Origin: an uncultured Acidobacteriota bacterium
GTDB lineage: Bacteria; Acidobacteriota; Vicinamibacteria; Vicinamibacterales; Fen-181
Length of the DNA stretch: 64,000 nucleotides
Assembly (NCBI GenBank): GCA_963783255.1
Contig: CAWAMP010000011.1
Coordinates: 490,905 to 554,904, forward strand
Direction: 5' to 3'
Part shown: positions 19,542-29,826 of the stretch, in pieces
How positions within the stretch are numbered: position 1 is the first letter of the stretch
Layout: every line of letters starts with the position of its first letter
The notes under the pieces: model-generated
The model's input: the letters and a program-made list of their open reading frames with translations, nothing else
The model's database searches: none
Told to the model about the DNA's origin: nothing
Position numbers and translations under genes: made by a program

Positions 19542-21326
19542 CTACCTCACAAACGCGTCGGCGCTCCCGATCAGATCGACCTTGAAATCGTAGACGACGA
19601 CCCTGACTTTTCGCACCCCGGGGTTGACCGGGAAGACCACGCGGTAGGGGATGCCGCGGGCGACCACCGACTTGTAGTCGGCGTCCTGCAGCCTGAGATC
19701 GGCTGTCTCGTTGCCGCCGCCGAGCAGGCTCCCCTTCTCGTCGAAACAGAACACGCCGATGGTTATCCGACCCACGTGAACGCCCTCGACAAACGTGAAG
19801 GCGAGCTTGGACGGGTCGATGTTGACCGCCACGTTCAACTCGTAGCCCTGGCCGCCCTTCGCTCGTGACACCCCGGCGTTGAGCTCGAGGCGGATGTCGT
19901 TGATCTCCCGGCGGAACCCGGCCGCCGCCTTGAGACGGTCGTTGGTGATGAACTCGCGTCGGCTGAAGGAGAGGAGGTCCTTGCGGGCGTAGTAGCCGTG
20001 GCGGTAGAACACCGTGGCGCCCGGCCGCGAGACCTTGACCTGCACCTTCCGGTACGCGCCGTCCCACTTCGAGTTCGTCGGGTAGTAGCCAAGCAGGTAG
20101 GTGGCGCGGGTCACGTCGTCGATCCGGTCGATCGCCTTGGCGCCGTACTCTCCGATCGACGACACGCCGCCGGTCAGTTCCGCGATCGTCCTGAGCGTCT
20201 TGAACGCGAACGTCTGGTTCCAGCGCCCTTCCGGCATCTGGCCCGCGGCATTGCCGGGCTGCCCGATGTAGATCCCGCCGGTCTCGATGGTGTCGAGGGC
20301 CACCCGCGCGTCGTTCGCCGCTGCGGCCAGGGCTTCGTCCTCCTCCAGGCGAGGCATCGTCAGTCCCTTCTCGGTCAGGAAGACGATGTGCTTCTCGCCT
20401 TCGAAGTGCTTCAGATAGCCGATGCCGGCGTAGATGTTCCCCAGGTCCTGGAGCGTCTGTGCGGTCGCGGAGACGAAGTCCTCCAGCGACAGGTCGGCGA
20501 ACATGTCGGTCTGGAGCTCGTCGAGACTGCTCCACGTCGTGAGATTGGGAAGGCCCGCCGCGGCGGCCATCTCGGCCTTTGCCAGCTCGTTCTGCTTCTG
20601 AATCTGCGCGTCGATCTGCCGTCGCGCGTCCTTCTCGATCCGCTGGTCGGCTGCCGCGCCAGGCTCGACCCGTTGCGAGGCGAGCAGGCCGGATCCCTCG
20701 AACATCCGGTCGATCTTCCCCTGCAACGACCCCGGGATCAGCTTGCTGCCGTAGACCGCCGCGAGGCCGCTCATCTGGAGGCCGATCTCGAAGTCGACCT
20801 GCTCGTGCTCCACCTTGAACCGTTCGATGACCCGCGCAATCTGCTCGTGATCGGTGGTGAAGGTGGTGGCGCGGTTGTAGGCGAAGACGGCCACCTGATC
20901 CTGGGGCAGGAGCCGCTCGCGCACGAAGCGCAGCAGCGCGTCGATGGCCTTGGAAGGCTCCAGGAGCTTCCCGCGGCCGAGGACGATGAGGAAGATCCGG
21001 CGGGTTTGAGGCTCGAACGAGATTGCCTCCTCCTTCACCTGGAGCTTCGATGCTGGCGCAGTCTCGGTCGTCGCGTAGGTCTGAAGAGAAAGGTGCCGGA
21101 TCTCCTGCTTGACGCCGTCCTCGACGATCGTGAATTCTTCCCGCCGCAGGTCGGTGATCGGCTTGCCGGACCTGTCAACCACGCGGACGTCGACCGGCAC
21201 CAGCGTGACCGCGCTGCGGAAGACCGGCGCCTGCGGCTGCTGCCTGCCGCGGGCGGACAGGGCGGGGTGCACGACCACCGCCGACGCGGCGAGCATCGCA
21301 AGCAAAACCGGTTTCCGCAGTCTCAT
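19542..21326 (-). CDS. Acidobacterial VWFA-related domain protein
   Basis: Signal peptide, FRSAVTLVPVDVRVVDRSGKPITDL...EDG, LAELTGG-like segment, YLLGYYP and R.GYY. Confidence 0.88.
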   Translation of the reverse strand: MRLRKPVLLAMLAASAVVVHPALSARGRQQPQAPVFRSAVTLVPVDVRVVDRSGKPITDLRREEFTIVEDGVKQEIRHLSLQTYATTETAPASKLQVKEEAISFEPQTRRIFLIVLGRGKLLEPSKAIDALLRFVRERLLPQDQVAVFAYNRATTFTTDHEQIARVIERFKVEHEQVDFEIGLQMSGLAAVYGSKLIPGSLQGKIDRMFEGSGLLASQRVEPGAAADQRIEKDARRQIDAQIQKQNELAKAEMAAAAGLPNLTTWSSLDELQTDMFADLSLEDFVSATAQTLQDLGNIYAGIGYLKHFEGEKHIVFLTEKGLTMPRLEEDEALAAAANDARVALDTIETGGIYIGQPGNAAGQMPEGRWNQTFAFKTLRTIAELTGGVSSIGEYGAKAIDRIDDVTRATYLLGYYPTNSKWDGAYRKVQVKVSRPGATVFYRHGYYARKDLLSFSRREFITNDRLKAAAGFRREINDIRLELNAGVSRAKGGQGYELNVAVNIDPSKLAFTFVEGVHVGRITIGVFCFDEKGSLLGGGNETADLRLQDADYKSVVARGIPYRVVFPVNPGVRKVRVVVYDFKVDLIGSADAFVR

Positions 21327-21559
21327 CGCACCTCTCCGGGCCAGCTGGGATCTTACCCCGAACGGGCCCGACGGGTCCCTCCATCTGGAGCCGGCCGGGC
21401 CGTGCTGGCGGGGCGCCGCCAGCGGTCGCGAGCAGCCGTTGCCCCTGCGATTTGGCGGGTATATCATCGCGACGCTCGTCTGCCGGCACACGTCCAGGCC
21501 CGCACGGACCCGGCGACTGGCCGGGCGACCGTCCGCCGTTGCCGCCAACGGAGGTACGC

Positions 21560-22441
21560 ATGAAGAGCCGACTTGTCCGTCCGTCGTTCGCGCTGCCCGC
21601 CGCGCTCCTGCTCCTGACGCTGGCGCCTTCCGCCGCGTTCGCGCAGCAGGCGACGCTCGAGGATGTGCTGGCGAAGACGGCCCAGTACGTGGCCGCGCTC
21701 TCGGATCCGTCGCGCGCTCTCGTGTGCGACGAGGAGTACGAGCACACGTACTTCCGGCGAATGCTCAACAGCGGCGGCAGATCCGAGCGATTGCCTGAGG
21801 GCGGCCATCGGTGGGTCGCGGAGAAGGTCGTGCTGGCGACTCCAGACGACGAGAAGAGCGGTCTTCCCTGGACCGAGTTCCGTGACATCGTCACCCTGGA
21901 TCGCAAGCCGGTTCGCGACGGCGCCTCGCGCCTCCCGAAGCTGCTGATCGAACCCCGAATCCCGGAAGTGACCGAGGCGCTGAAGATCACGCGCGAGTCG
22001 GCCCATTCCCAGACCGGCCGGCTCTACCGTGCAGTGCTGCTGCCGCGCCTGACCTTTGTGTTCCTGCACGCCGTCAATCAGCCTCGGTTCGTCTTCAAGA
22101 AGGGCGGGGAGCGCAGGATCAAGGGCGTGAAAACCCAGGAGGTCAAGTTCCAGGAGCGCGCCACCCCGACGATCTTCACGACGTCAAGCGGCAAGGACGC
22201 GCCGTCCAGCGGTTCCTTCTGGATCGATCCGGCCACCGGCCATGTCCTGTCGAGTGTCCTCAAGAGCGCCGATTCACCGGCCGTCTACACCGAGATCACC
22301 ATCTCCTGCGCGCTCGACCCGAAGACCGACCTGTGGCTTCCGGCCTCACTGATGGAGAGAATGTTCGACATCGACACCGAGAAGGAACTCGACGGCACGG
22401 GCACGTTCAGGAACTGGCGCTTCGTGCCGCGCGGCAGGTAG
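21560..22441 (+). CDS. Exported hypothetical protein
   Basis: GGAGG SD, signal peptide ending AFA-QQ, C-terminal beta-rich FWIDPATG...WLP segment. Confidence 0.75.
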   Translation: MKSRLVRPSFALPAALLLLTLAPSAAFAQQATLEDVLAKTAQYVAALSDPSRALVCDEEYEHTYFRRMLNSGGRSERLPEGGHRWVAEKVVLATPDDEKSGLPWTEFRDIVTLDRKPVRDGASRLPKLLIEPRIPEVTEALKITRESAHSQTGRLYRAVLLPRLTFVFLHAVNQPRFVFKKGGERRIKGVKTQEVKFQERATPTIFTTSSGKDAPSSGSFWIDPATGHVLSSVLKSADSPAVYTEITISCALDPKTDLWLPASLMERMFDIDTEKELDGTGTFRNWRFVPRGR

Positions 22442-22470
22442 CGCCCGCCTTCGTTGCCGCGCAACTTCGC

Positions 22471-22496
22471 TGTGGCGCGGGGCTTCAGCCCCGCGG
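22471..22496 (+). repeat. REP-like palindrome overlapping the stop codon of the acyl-CoA synthetase gene
   Basis: TGTGGCGCGGGGC-TTCA-GCCCCGCG, identical to the 6541 copy. Confidence 0.8.
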
Positions 22497-24287
22497 CTTC
22501 TTGTCTTCCTTCTTCTCTCCCGCGTACATCGACTCGATGGCGTGGGCGTACTTGGCGGCAATCGCCGACCGGATGTTCTTCAGGGTCGGTGTCAACTCCC
22601 CCCCCATCTGGCTGAACCGCTCGGTGAGCAGCGTGAACTTCTTGACGCGCTCGTGGTGCGGGAGCGTCGCCTGGCGCTGCTCGATCCGCTGGCCGATGAA
22701 GTCGACGATCCGGTGGTCCTTCACCATCGCCACGAGCGAGTCGAACGTCAGGCCGCGCTCCTTGGCCCAGTGCTCGAGCGCCTCGAAGTGCGGCACGACG
22801 AGCGCGGCCACGTGGTGGCGCCCGTCGCCGACCGCCGCCACCTGCTCGATGTAGTAGTCCTGCCCGATAATCGACTCGATCCGGCTCGGGGCGATGTTCT
22901 TTCCGCCCGATGTGATGATGAGGTCCTTCTTGCGGTCGGTGATGCGCAGGAACCCGTCCTCGTCGAACGCGCCGATGTCACCGGTCTTGAGCCAACCGTC
23001 CTCGAACACCTCGGCCGTCTCCTTGGGCTTGCCGAAGTAGCCGCGCATGACGTTCGGCCCGCGCGCGAGAATCTCCCCGTCGGCGGCGATCTTCAGCTCG
23101 CAGCCGGGAATCACCCTGCCGACCGTGCCGAAGCGGAATGCCTTCGGGCTGTTGCACGTCAGCATGGGAGACGTCTCGGTCAGGCCGTAGCCCTGGCAGA
23201 CGAGCAGCCCCGCCGCGAAGAAGAACTCCTCGATCTCGGCGATGAGCGCGGCACCACCCGCCGAGAAGAAGTTCTTCGGGCCGCCCACGAGGTCCCGGAT
23301 CTTGTGGAGCACCAGCTTGTCGGCCAGGGCGCGCTGCGCCGCAAGGGCCGGGCCCACCCGCTCTCCGCGTTTCTTCGCGTGGGCGTACCGGTTGCCGACC
23401 TTCACCGCCCACTCGAACAGCTTCCGTTTGGTCCCGGAGCCCTGGCTCACCTTGTGGCGCGCCGTCGAGTAGATCTTCTCGTAGAGGCGCGGCACGCTGA
23501 CCATGCACGTGGGGCGTACCTCCTGCATCGCCTCGAGGATGCGCTTGGGGTCCTCGAGGTAGAAGTTCTGGGCCCCCTTGCTGAGGATGTAGAACGTCCA
23601 GGCGCGCTCGTAGGCGTGGCTGAGCGGCAGGAAGCACAGCGACCGGTCGCGCGCGGTCACCGAGAAGTCCCGGTCGATCGCCGCGAACTGGATGACGAGG
23701 TTCTCGAACGACAGGACGACACCCTTCGGGTCGCCGGTCGTGCCCGACGTGTAGATGATCGTCGCCACGTCGTCGAGGCGCGCCGCCGCGGAGCGTTCGG
23801 CAAGGGCCGGCGACACCGGGTGCGCGAGCGGGACGGACAGCGGGAACGAGTCGGCGAGGTTCAGCGCGACGGCCTCGTCGAACGAGACGATCCGGGCGAT
23901 CGGACCGGCCTCGCCGTGGACGGCCGCCAGGTGGTCGTACTGCTCCGGCCCGCCGACGAAGGCCGCCGTGGCGCCGGCATCGCGGACGATGTGCTCGGCC
24001 TGGTGGGCGGTGTTGGTTGCGTAGATCGGGACCGAGATGGCGCCAGCCGCCATGATGGCCAGGTCCGCGATCGACCACCAGGGCGAGTTGTGCCCGTAGA
24101 GGACGACGCGGGCGCCGGGCTCGACGCCGGCGTCGATGAGCCAGGAGGCTACGGCGTCGACGTGCCGGCCGAGCTCGCCGTACGTGATGCCGCGCCATTC
24201 CGCGCCGACTTTGTGGCGCATCGCGACGCCGTCGGGCGTGGCGGCAATCTGCCGCCGGATCAACGTCAACAGGTGGTCGTAGGTCAC
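22485..24287 (-). CDS. Long-chain fatty acid--CoA ligase (AMP-dependent synthetase)
   Basis: IIYTSGTTGDPKG, QGYGLTET, TGDIG, DRKKDLIITSGGKNIAP and ELTPTLK motifs. GTG start at 24287 inferred. Confidence 0.92.
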   Translation of the reverse strand: MTYDHLLTLIRRQIAATPDGVAMRHKVGAEWRGITYGELGRHVDAVASWLIDAGVEPGARVVLYGHNSPWWSIADLAIMAAGAISVPIYATNTAHQAEHIVRDAGATAAFVGGPEQYDHLAAVHGEAGPIARIVSFDEAVALNLADSFPLSVPLAHPVSPALAERSAAARLDDVATIIYTSGTTGDPKGVVLSFENLVIQFAAIDRDFSVTARDRSLCFLPLSHAYERAWTFYILSKGAQNFYLEDPKRILEAMQEVRPTCMVSVPRLYEKIYSTARHKVSQGSGTKRKLFEWAVKVGNRYAHAKKRGERVGPALAAQRALADKLVLHKIRDLVGGPKNFFSAGGAALIAEIEEFFFAAGLLVCQGYGLTETSPMLTCNSPKAFRFGTVGRVIPGCELKIAADGEILARGPNVMRGYFGKPKETAEVFEDGWLKTGDIGAFDEDGFLRITDRKKDLIITSGGKNIAPSRIESIIGQDYYIEQVAAVGDGRHHVAALVVPHFEALEHWAKERGLTFDSLVAMVKDHRIVDFIGQRIEQRQATLPHHERVKKFTLLTERFSQMGGELTPTLKNIRSAIAAKYAHAIESMYAGEKKEDKKPRG

Positions 24288-24357
24288 GATGGCCGTCCCC
24301 GGGGCGAAGCGGGTCAATTGTAGCTGAAACCTGAAGCCCGGCCGCAATCGGCAGGAT

Positions 24358-24440
24358 AGTTGTCAGTTCCCAGTGGTCAGCAGTCAGTCCGTCAGGCAGG
24401 CAGACTGGTAACTGGCAACTGAGAACTGACAACTGGTCAC
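24358..24440. repeat. Inverted pair of 7-nt tandem arrays (second copy of the 10095 element)
   Basis: TGTCAGT TCCCAGT GGTCAGC AGTCAGT ... ACTGGTA ACTGGCA ACTGAGA ACTGACA ACTGGTC. Confidence 0.75.
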
Positions 24441-24494
24441 CGCCAATCGCATACGATAGACGGGTACCGCCCGGCCGGCCGGCGAGGAGGAGCG

Positions 24495-26474
24495 ATGCGA
24501 TCGACGCGATTCGGGATGTTGATATGGATGAGTGTGGCGGCTCTGCTGTCGTCGGCGGGAAGCGGCAACGCCCAGCAGCAGGGCGCGAAGCCGCTGACGG
24601 TGGCCTCGCCAGGCGGCGCAATCGTCGTCTCCGTCACCGCCGGCCCGGACCTCCGGTGGGCCGTGGACGTCGGCGGAAGGCCGGTGCTCCTCCCATCGCG
24701 CATCGGCCTGACGCTCGACGCCGGCCGCGTGATTGGCGCCCTCCCGAAGGTGCGCACGACGACCACCCGGACGGTGGACCAGGTGCTCAGGCCCGTCGTG
24801 CGGGTCAAACGCGCCGAGGTGCGCGACCGCTTCAACGAGCGGCGCATCGACTTCGCCGGCGACTACTCTCTCATCGTCCGCGCGTATGACGACGGCGTGG
24901 CCTACCGGTTCGTGACGAACCTCGCGGGCGACATCGAGGTGCGGGCCGAGGACGCCTCCTTCAGGTTCGCCGGCGACCACCGGCTGTACTTCCCCGAAGA
25001 AACCAGCTTCCTCTCGCACCAGGAGCGGTCGTACAAGCAGCTCCGAATCGGCGAGGTCGGCAGCCGCTTCTCGTCGCTCCCCGCCATCGTCGCGACCGAC
25101 GGGCCGAAGATCGCGATCACGGAAGCGGATCTCTTCGACTATCCCGGCATGGATCTGACGGGAGGGTCAGAGCCCAACAGCTTGAAGGGGCTGTTCCCGT
25201 ACTACCCGGCGAAGGTGGAGCTGGCGCGGGACCGCGACGAGAAGGTGGTCGAGCGCGAGTCCTACATGGCGAAGACGCGCGGCACGAGGGAGTTCCCCTG
25301 GCGCGTCCTGGTCGTGGCCGCCGCGGACACGACGCTGCTCGACACCGACATCGTCTACCGGCTCGCGTCCGAGTCGCGCATCGGCGACACCAGCTGGATC
25401 AGGCCCGGCAAGGTGGCGTGGGACTGGTGGAACTTCAACAACGTCTACGGCGTGCCGTTCCGCGCCGGGGTGAACACCGACACCTACAGGCATTACATCG
25501 ACTTCGCCGCCGAGAACGGCCTCGAATACGTGATCCTCGACGAGGGGTGGTACAAGCTGGGCGACCTGATGACGCAGATGCCGGGCATCGACATGGAGGC
25601 CATCGCGGCCCACGCGCGCCAGAAGAAGGTGGGCCTGGTGATGTGGGTCATCTGGAAGACGCTCGACCTGCAGATGGCGCAAGCGCTCGACCAGTTCGAG
25701 AAGTGGGGCGTGAAGGGGATCAAGGTCGACTTCATGCAGCGCGAGGACCAGTGGATGGTCAACTACTACGAGCGGGTCGCGCGCGAGGCGGCGAAGCGGC
25801 ACCTCCTGGTGGACTTTCACGGCGCCTACAAGCCGACCGGCCTCTACCGCACGTATCCGAACGTCGTCACGAGCGAAGGCGTCCTCGGCCTCGAGCAGAG
25901 CAAGTGGGGCGACCTGGCGTCGCCCGACAACGCCGTCACCTTCCCGTTCATGCGGATGATGGCCGGGCCGGTGGACTACACGCCGGGCGCCATGATGAAC
26001 GCGACGAAGGCCGACTTCAAGCCGGTGTTCAACCGGCCGATGAGCCAGGGCACGCGCTGCCAGCAGCTGGCGATGTACGTCGTCTTCGAGAGCCCGCTGC
26101 AGATGCTGGCCGACTCGCCGTCGAACTACCGGCGCGAAGCCGAGAGCCTGACGTTCCTGGCGGGCGTGCCGACCGTGTGGGACGAGACACGGGTGCTGTC
26201 GGCCGCGCTGGGCGAGCACATCCTCGTGGCGCGTAGGCGCGCGGACGTCTGGTACATCGGGGCGCTGACCAACTGGTCCGCGCGCGACCTGGACGTGGCG
26301 CTGTCGTTTCTCGATCCTGGCGCCTGGGAGGCGGATATCTTCCGGGACGGCCCGAATGCCGACCGCGCCGCCGTCGATTACGCGCGCGAGAAGCGCAGCG
26401 TCGGCGCCTCGGACCGCCTGCGCATCCACCTCGCGCCTGGCGGCGGGTGGGTCGGTCGAATCACGAAGAAGTGA
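24495..26474 (+). CDS. Glycoside hydrolase family 97 (alpha-glucosidase/alpha-galactosidase)
   Basis: RAYDDGVAYRF, SWIRPGKVAWDWW, GVKGIKVDFM, DFHG, EGVLGLE, GPVDYTPG and ESPLQMLAD. Confidence 0.93.
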   Translation: MRSTRFGMLIWMSVAALLSSAGSGNAQQQGAKPLTVASPGGAIVVSVTAGPDLRWAVDVGGRPVLLPSRIGLTLDAGRVIGALPKVRTTTTRTVDQVLRPVVRVKRAEVRDRFNERRIDFAGDYSLIVRAYDDGVAYRFVTNLAGDIEVRAEDASFRFAGDHRLYFPEETSFLSHQERSYKQLRIGEVGSRFSSLPAIVATDGPKIAITEADLFDYPGMDLTGGSEPNSLKGLFPYYPAKVELARDRDEKVVERESYMAKTRGTREFPWRVLVVAAADTTLLDTDIVYRLASESRIGDTSWIRPGKVAWDWWNFNNVYGVPFRAGVNTDTYRHYIDFAAENGLEYVILDEGWYKLGDLMTQMPGIDMEAIAAHARQKKVGLVMWVIWKTLDLQMAQALDQFEKWGVKGIKVDFMQREDQWMVNYYERVAREAAKRHLLVDFHGAYKPTGLYRTYPNVVTSEGVLGLEQSKWGDLASPDNAVTFPFMRMMAGPVDYTPGAMMNATKADFKPVFNRPMSQGTRCQQLAMYVVFESPLQMLADSPSNYRREAESLTFLAGVPTVWDETRVLSAALGEHILVARRRADVWYIGALTNWSARDLDVALSFLDPGAWEADIFRDGPNADRAAVDYAREKRSVGASDRLRIHLAPGGGWVGRITKK

Positions 26475-26626
26475 ATCTTGCGATCTCGGGAACTAGGAGT
26501 CTTGCGAACTGGATCTCCGCCGCCAGGTCGCAAGATTCCCACTTCGCAAGATTCCCACTTCGCAAGATCGCCACTTCGCAAGATTCCCACTTCGCAAGAT
26601 CCCCACTTCGCAAGATCGCAAGATAC
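26473..26626. repeat. Two head-to-head 8/16-nt periodic GCGA arrays between convergent genes
   Basis: Plus array GAATCTT GCGATCTC GGGAACTA GGAGTCTT GCGAACTG. Minus array about (GCGAAGTG GGAATCTT)x5. Confidence 0.85.
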
Positions 26627-26644
26627 CTGGGTGTCTCGTCCCGC

Positions 26645-28048
26645 CTACGACATCCGTGCCCATCGCACGAGCGTTCCGAACGTCGGCGGCTTGCCGTACA
26701 TCAGCAGGCCCACGCGGAACACCTTGGCGGCGAACCACACCGCCGCATAGACGCCCCCGGCGGCAATTGCGATCGAGAGCCAGGTCTGCCACATCGGCGG
26801 CGGCGACTGCGAGGCCATTCGCAGGAGCATGACGAAACTGCTGAGCGGCGGCGCGAACGACAGGACGACCGCGAGCGTGGAATTGGGGTCCCGGCTGAGC
26901 GGCAGCCACAACATCATGGGGACCATGAGCAGCATCATGATCGGCATCATCAGCGACTGCGCCTCGCGCATCTCGTTGACCGCCGACCCCACGGCCGCCA
27001 TCAGCGACGCGAAGGTGAAGAAGGCCAGCACGTAGAAGATCAGCAGGAACACGATCAGCATCGGATCGATCAGGCCGAGCGTCGCGAACGACACCAGCGC
27101 GAGGAGACCAAGGCCGGCGTAGAGCGACAGCACGAGCAGCCCGACCGCCATCTGGCCCAGGATCTTACCCGTCATCAGTTCCATCGCCGACACGGCCGAC
27201 AGCAGGACCTCCACGACACGGTTCGACTTCTCCTCGACCGTCGACGTCAGGAGGTACTGTCCGCTCGTCATCACCGACATGAACAGCAGCATCATGAACG
27301 CCATGGGCATGAGCATGTTCATGGCGATGTTGGTGGTGCGTTCCCCCTCGGCCGTGACGGTGCGCGATTCCGGGCGCGGGACGGATGTCAGGTTCCGGAT
27401 CCGCGCGGGATCCAGGCCGGACGTCTGCAGCCGGGCCGAGACAATCACGTCGCGAAGGCCCGCGTGGAGATCGGTCACCAGGCGGTCGTCGATCCTGCCG
27501 CGCACGAACAGCTCGTAGGTGCCGAACGTCTCCTTGCCTTCCGCCGGCCGAACGGCGTCCGGCTGCACGACGATGACCGCCAGCCTGGTGTCCGGGCCGC
27601 CGCCTTGTTTAGGCAGCGGCGTCCTGAGCCCGGCCTTGGCCGACTCGGGATCGCTGCCGCCCGGCAGCGCCACGACGCGGATGATCGGCACGGCGCCGAG
27701 CGCCGAGTCGATCGACTGCTTCACGGCGGCATCGCCGGCCGGAGAGGCGCCGACCTGGCGGCGGAAGACCGCGGGCGTGGCGGACTCGATGTCCCGCCTC
27801 GTCTTCTCGCGGCGTTCGACAAACCGCTCAGGCGAGAGATAGGCCGCGAGCCCGTCGGCGACCGCCCCCGTCGGGTCGATGACGACGATCTGCCCTTCGA
27901 CCCTGGGCGGCGCGTTGGTCATGATCCGCGGCATCAGGAAGATCAACACGCCGATGAGCAGCGGCGTGATGAGGATGCCGAAGACGAATCCCTTGGTCGT
28001 GACGGTGGCGGTGAACTCGCGCCCGGCGACATAGAGCATCTTCTTCAT
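26645..28048 (-). CDS. ABC-2 type transporter permease (NatB-like)
   Basis: VAGREF N-terminus, VEEKSNRVVEVLLS, GKILG and several TM helices. Confidence 0.9.
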   Translation of the reverse strand: MKKMLYVAGREFTATVTTKGFVFGILITPLLIGVLIFLMPRIMTNAPPRVEGQIVVIDPTGAVADGLAAYLSPERFVERREKTRRDIESATPAVFRRQVGASPAGDAAVKQSIDSALGAVPIIRVVALPGGSDPESAKAGLRTPLPKQGGGPDTRLAVIVVQPDAVRPAEGKETFGTYELFVRGRIDDRLVTDLHAGLRDVIVSARLQTSGLDPARIRNLTSVPRPESRTVTAEGERTTNIAMNMLMPMAFMMLLFMSVMTSGQYLLTSTVEEKSNRVVEVLLSAVSAMELMTGKILGQMAVGLLVLSLYAGLGLLALVSFATLGLIDPMLIVFLLIFYVLAFFTFASLMAAVGSAVNEMREAQSLMMPIMMLLMVPMMLWLPLSRDPNSTLAVVLSFAPPLSSFVMLLRMASQSPPPMWQTWLSIAIAAGGVYAAVWFAAKVFRVGLLMYGKPPTFGTLVRWARMS

Positions 28049-29025
28049 CGGCGCACCTCCTGCCCGCCGTCGCGGAGCGCTGCCCTCAGCCTGGCGTCGT
28101 CGTCGACGGCCGCCGAGGCGCCTCCGGTCACGATGCTCACGAACACGTCCTCGAGCGTCGGCCGGCGAATCTCGACTCTCGAGGGCGTGACGGCGGTGAC
28201 CAGCGCGGGGATGACCGCCGCCGGGTCGACCTGCCGATCGAGCGCGATGTTCCAGGCCGATCCGTCAGGCATCGCCGAGACGACGCCCGCCACGCCGCGC
28301 AGTTTCGCGATGTCGGCATCCGGGTCGAGCGGCTCGAACTGGATCTGGCGCGGGTCGAACGTCTCGCGGATGCCGGCCATCGTCTGATCGAGGACCTTCG
28401 CGCCGCGGTGGATCATCACCACGCGGTCGCACAACTGCTCGGCGTGGATCATGATGTGCGTCGAGAAGAGGACCGTCGCGCCCCGGCGGTGCTCCTCGAG
28501 GACGAGGTCGCGCAGGAGCCGCTGGTTGACCGGGTCGAGGCCGCTGAACGGCTCGTCGAGAATCAGCAGGTCGGGGCGGTGGATGGCGGCGGCGACGAAC
28601 TGCACCTTCTGCTGCATCCCCTTCGACAGGTCCTCGCACCGCTTGTGTTCGGCGTCGCCGAGCGCCACGCGCTCCAGCCACTGCCGGACCTGCCGCTGAA
28701 CGCCCCCGCCGGTCATGCCCTTGAGCCTCGCAATGTAGACGAGGAACTCGCCGACACGCATCTTCTTGTAGAGGCCGCGCTCCTCGGGCAGGTAGCCGAT
28801 CCGGTCCTTGGCCTCGAGCGCAGACGGCCTGCCGAGCACGGTCAGTTCGCCGCGATCGGGGAACAGGATCGACAGGATCATCCGGATCATCGTCGTCTTG
28901 CCCGCGCCGTTGGGGCCGATCACGCCGTAGAGCGCGCCCTCGGGCACCGTGAGGTCGAGGTCGTCGACGGCGACGGTTTCTCCGAAGGCCTTCCTGAGGT
29001 TCTTGAGGACGATTGCGCTGGCCAT
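28045..29025 (-). CDS. ABC transporter ATP-binding protein (NatA-like)
   Basis: GPNGAGKTT, GYLPEERGLY, LSKGMQQK, LILDEPFSGLDP. ATGA overlap with the permease. Confidence 0.92.
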   Translation of the reverse strand: MASAIVLKNLRKAFGETVAVDDLDLTVPEGALYGVIGPNGAGKTTMIRMILSILFPDRGELTVLGRPSALEAKDRIGYLPEERGLYKKMRVGEFLVYIARLKGMTGGGVQRQVRQWLERVALGDAEHKRCEDLSKGMQQKVQFVAAAIHRPDLLILDEPFSGLDPVNQRLLRDLVLEEHRRGATVLFSTHIMIHAEQLCDRVVMIHRGAKVLDQTMAGIRETFDPRQIQFEPLDPDADIAKLRGVAGVVSAMPDGSAWNIALDRQVDPAAVIPALVTAVTPSRVEIRRPTLEDVFVSIVTGGASAAVDDDARLRAALRDGGQEVRR

Positions 29026-29030
29026 AGAGC

Positions 29031-29819
29031 CTAAGCCTTGAGCACCGAACCGGGCTGCCCGCCGAAGACGAGGCTGCAACACGTCAGCGCGCCCTCGGCC
29101 TTTGCCAGTTCGCCGAGGTCGATCGGCACGACTCGCGCCCCGCGGCGTTCGAGGATGCCGAGGGTGCGAGGACAGGCAGAACTGTAGATCACCATGCCGC
29201 CGACCAGTAGTGCGTTGGCGGCGGACGGCTCCTCGGGCGCCACGAGCACCGGCTCGAGCGGCGCGAACGCCCGCGCGTCCACGAACGCCGGGTTGACGAG
29301 GACCGATGCTTGAGAGACGAGCGTGGCGGCCGATTTCAGGTGCAGGCAGCCGGCCACCTCGACGCTGCGCACCTCGTAGCCGAACGGCGTCAGGTGGCGG
29401 GCGAGCTGCCGGACGCCGTCCGCGTTCGACCGGGCGCCTGCCCCGACGTACACGGTCTTGCCGGCCACGAGCACGTCGCCGCCGTCGAGCGTGCCTGGCG
29501 CCTCGATGGTGACGAGTCGCCGATAGGCGGAAAGCGCCGCTGCGGTCGATTCGGTCTCGGCCCGGCGCGACGGCGCGCCCGGTCTCGCGACGACGGCGAC
29601 CTCATCCAGCACGACGGCCGTATCCTCCACGAACACCGAATCGGGCAGGTCGGGCTCTGGGGGGAGGCGGACGACGGCACAGCCTGCCGAGCGCAGCGCG
29701 TCTTCGTAGGCCTCGTGCTGTCTGGCCGCAAGCCCGACGTCAATCGGGCGGCGCGCGAGATGCGTCAGTTCGCAGCGCTCGAGCGACAGGGGGACGGCGC
29801 GGGTGAGGGCGATGCGCAT
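29031..29819 (-). CDS. Dimethylarginine dimethylaminohydrolase (amidinotransferase family)
   Basis: PDSVFVEDTA, R..SRRAE, LDGGDV, HLKS and catalytic LTCCS motifs. Confidence 0.9.
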   Translation of the reverse strand: MRIALTRAVPLSLERCELTHLARRPIDVGLAARQHEAYEDALRSAGCAVVRLPPEPDLPDSVFVEDTAVVLDEVAVVARPGAPSRRAETESTAAALSAYRRLVTIEAPGTLDGGDVLVAGKTVYVGAGARSNADGVRQLARHLTPFGYEVRSVEVAGCLHLKSAATLVSQASVLVNPAFVDARAFAPLEPVLVAPEEPSAANALLVGGMVIYSSACPRTLGILERRGARVVPIDLGELAKAEGALTCCSLVFGGQPGSVLKA

Positions 29820-29826
29820 CGAAACG

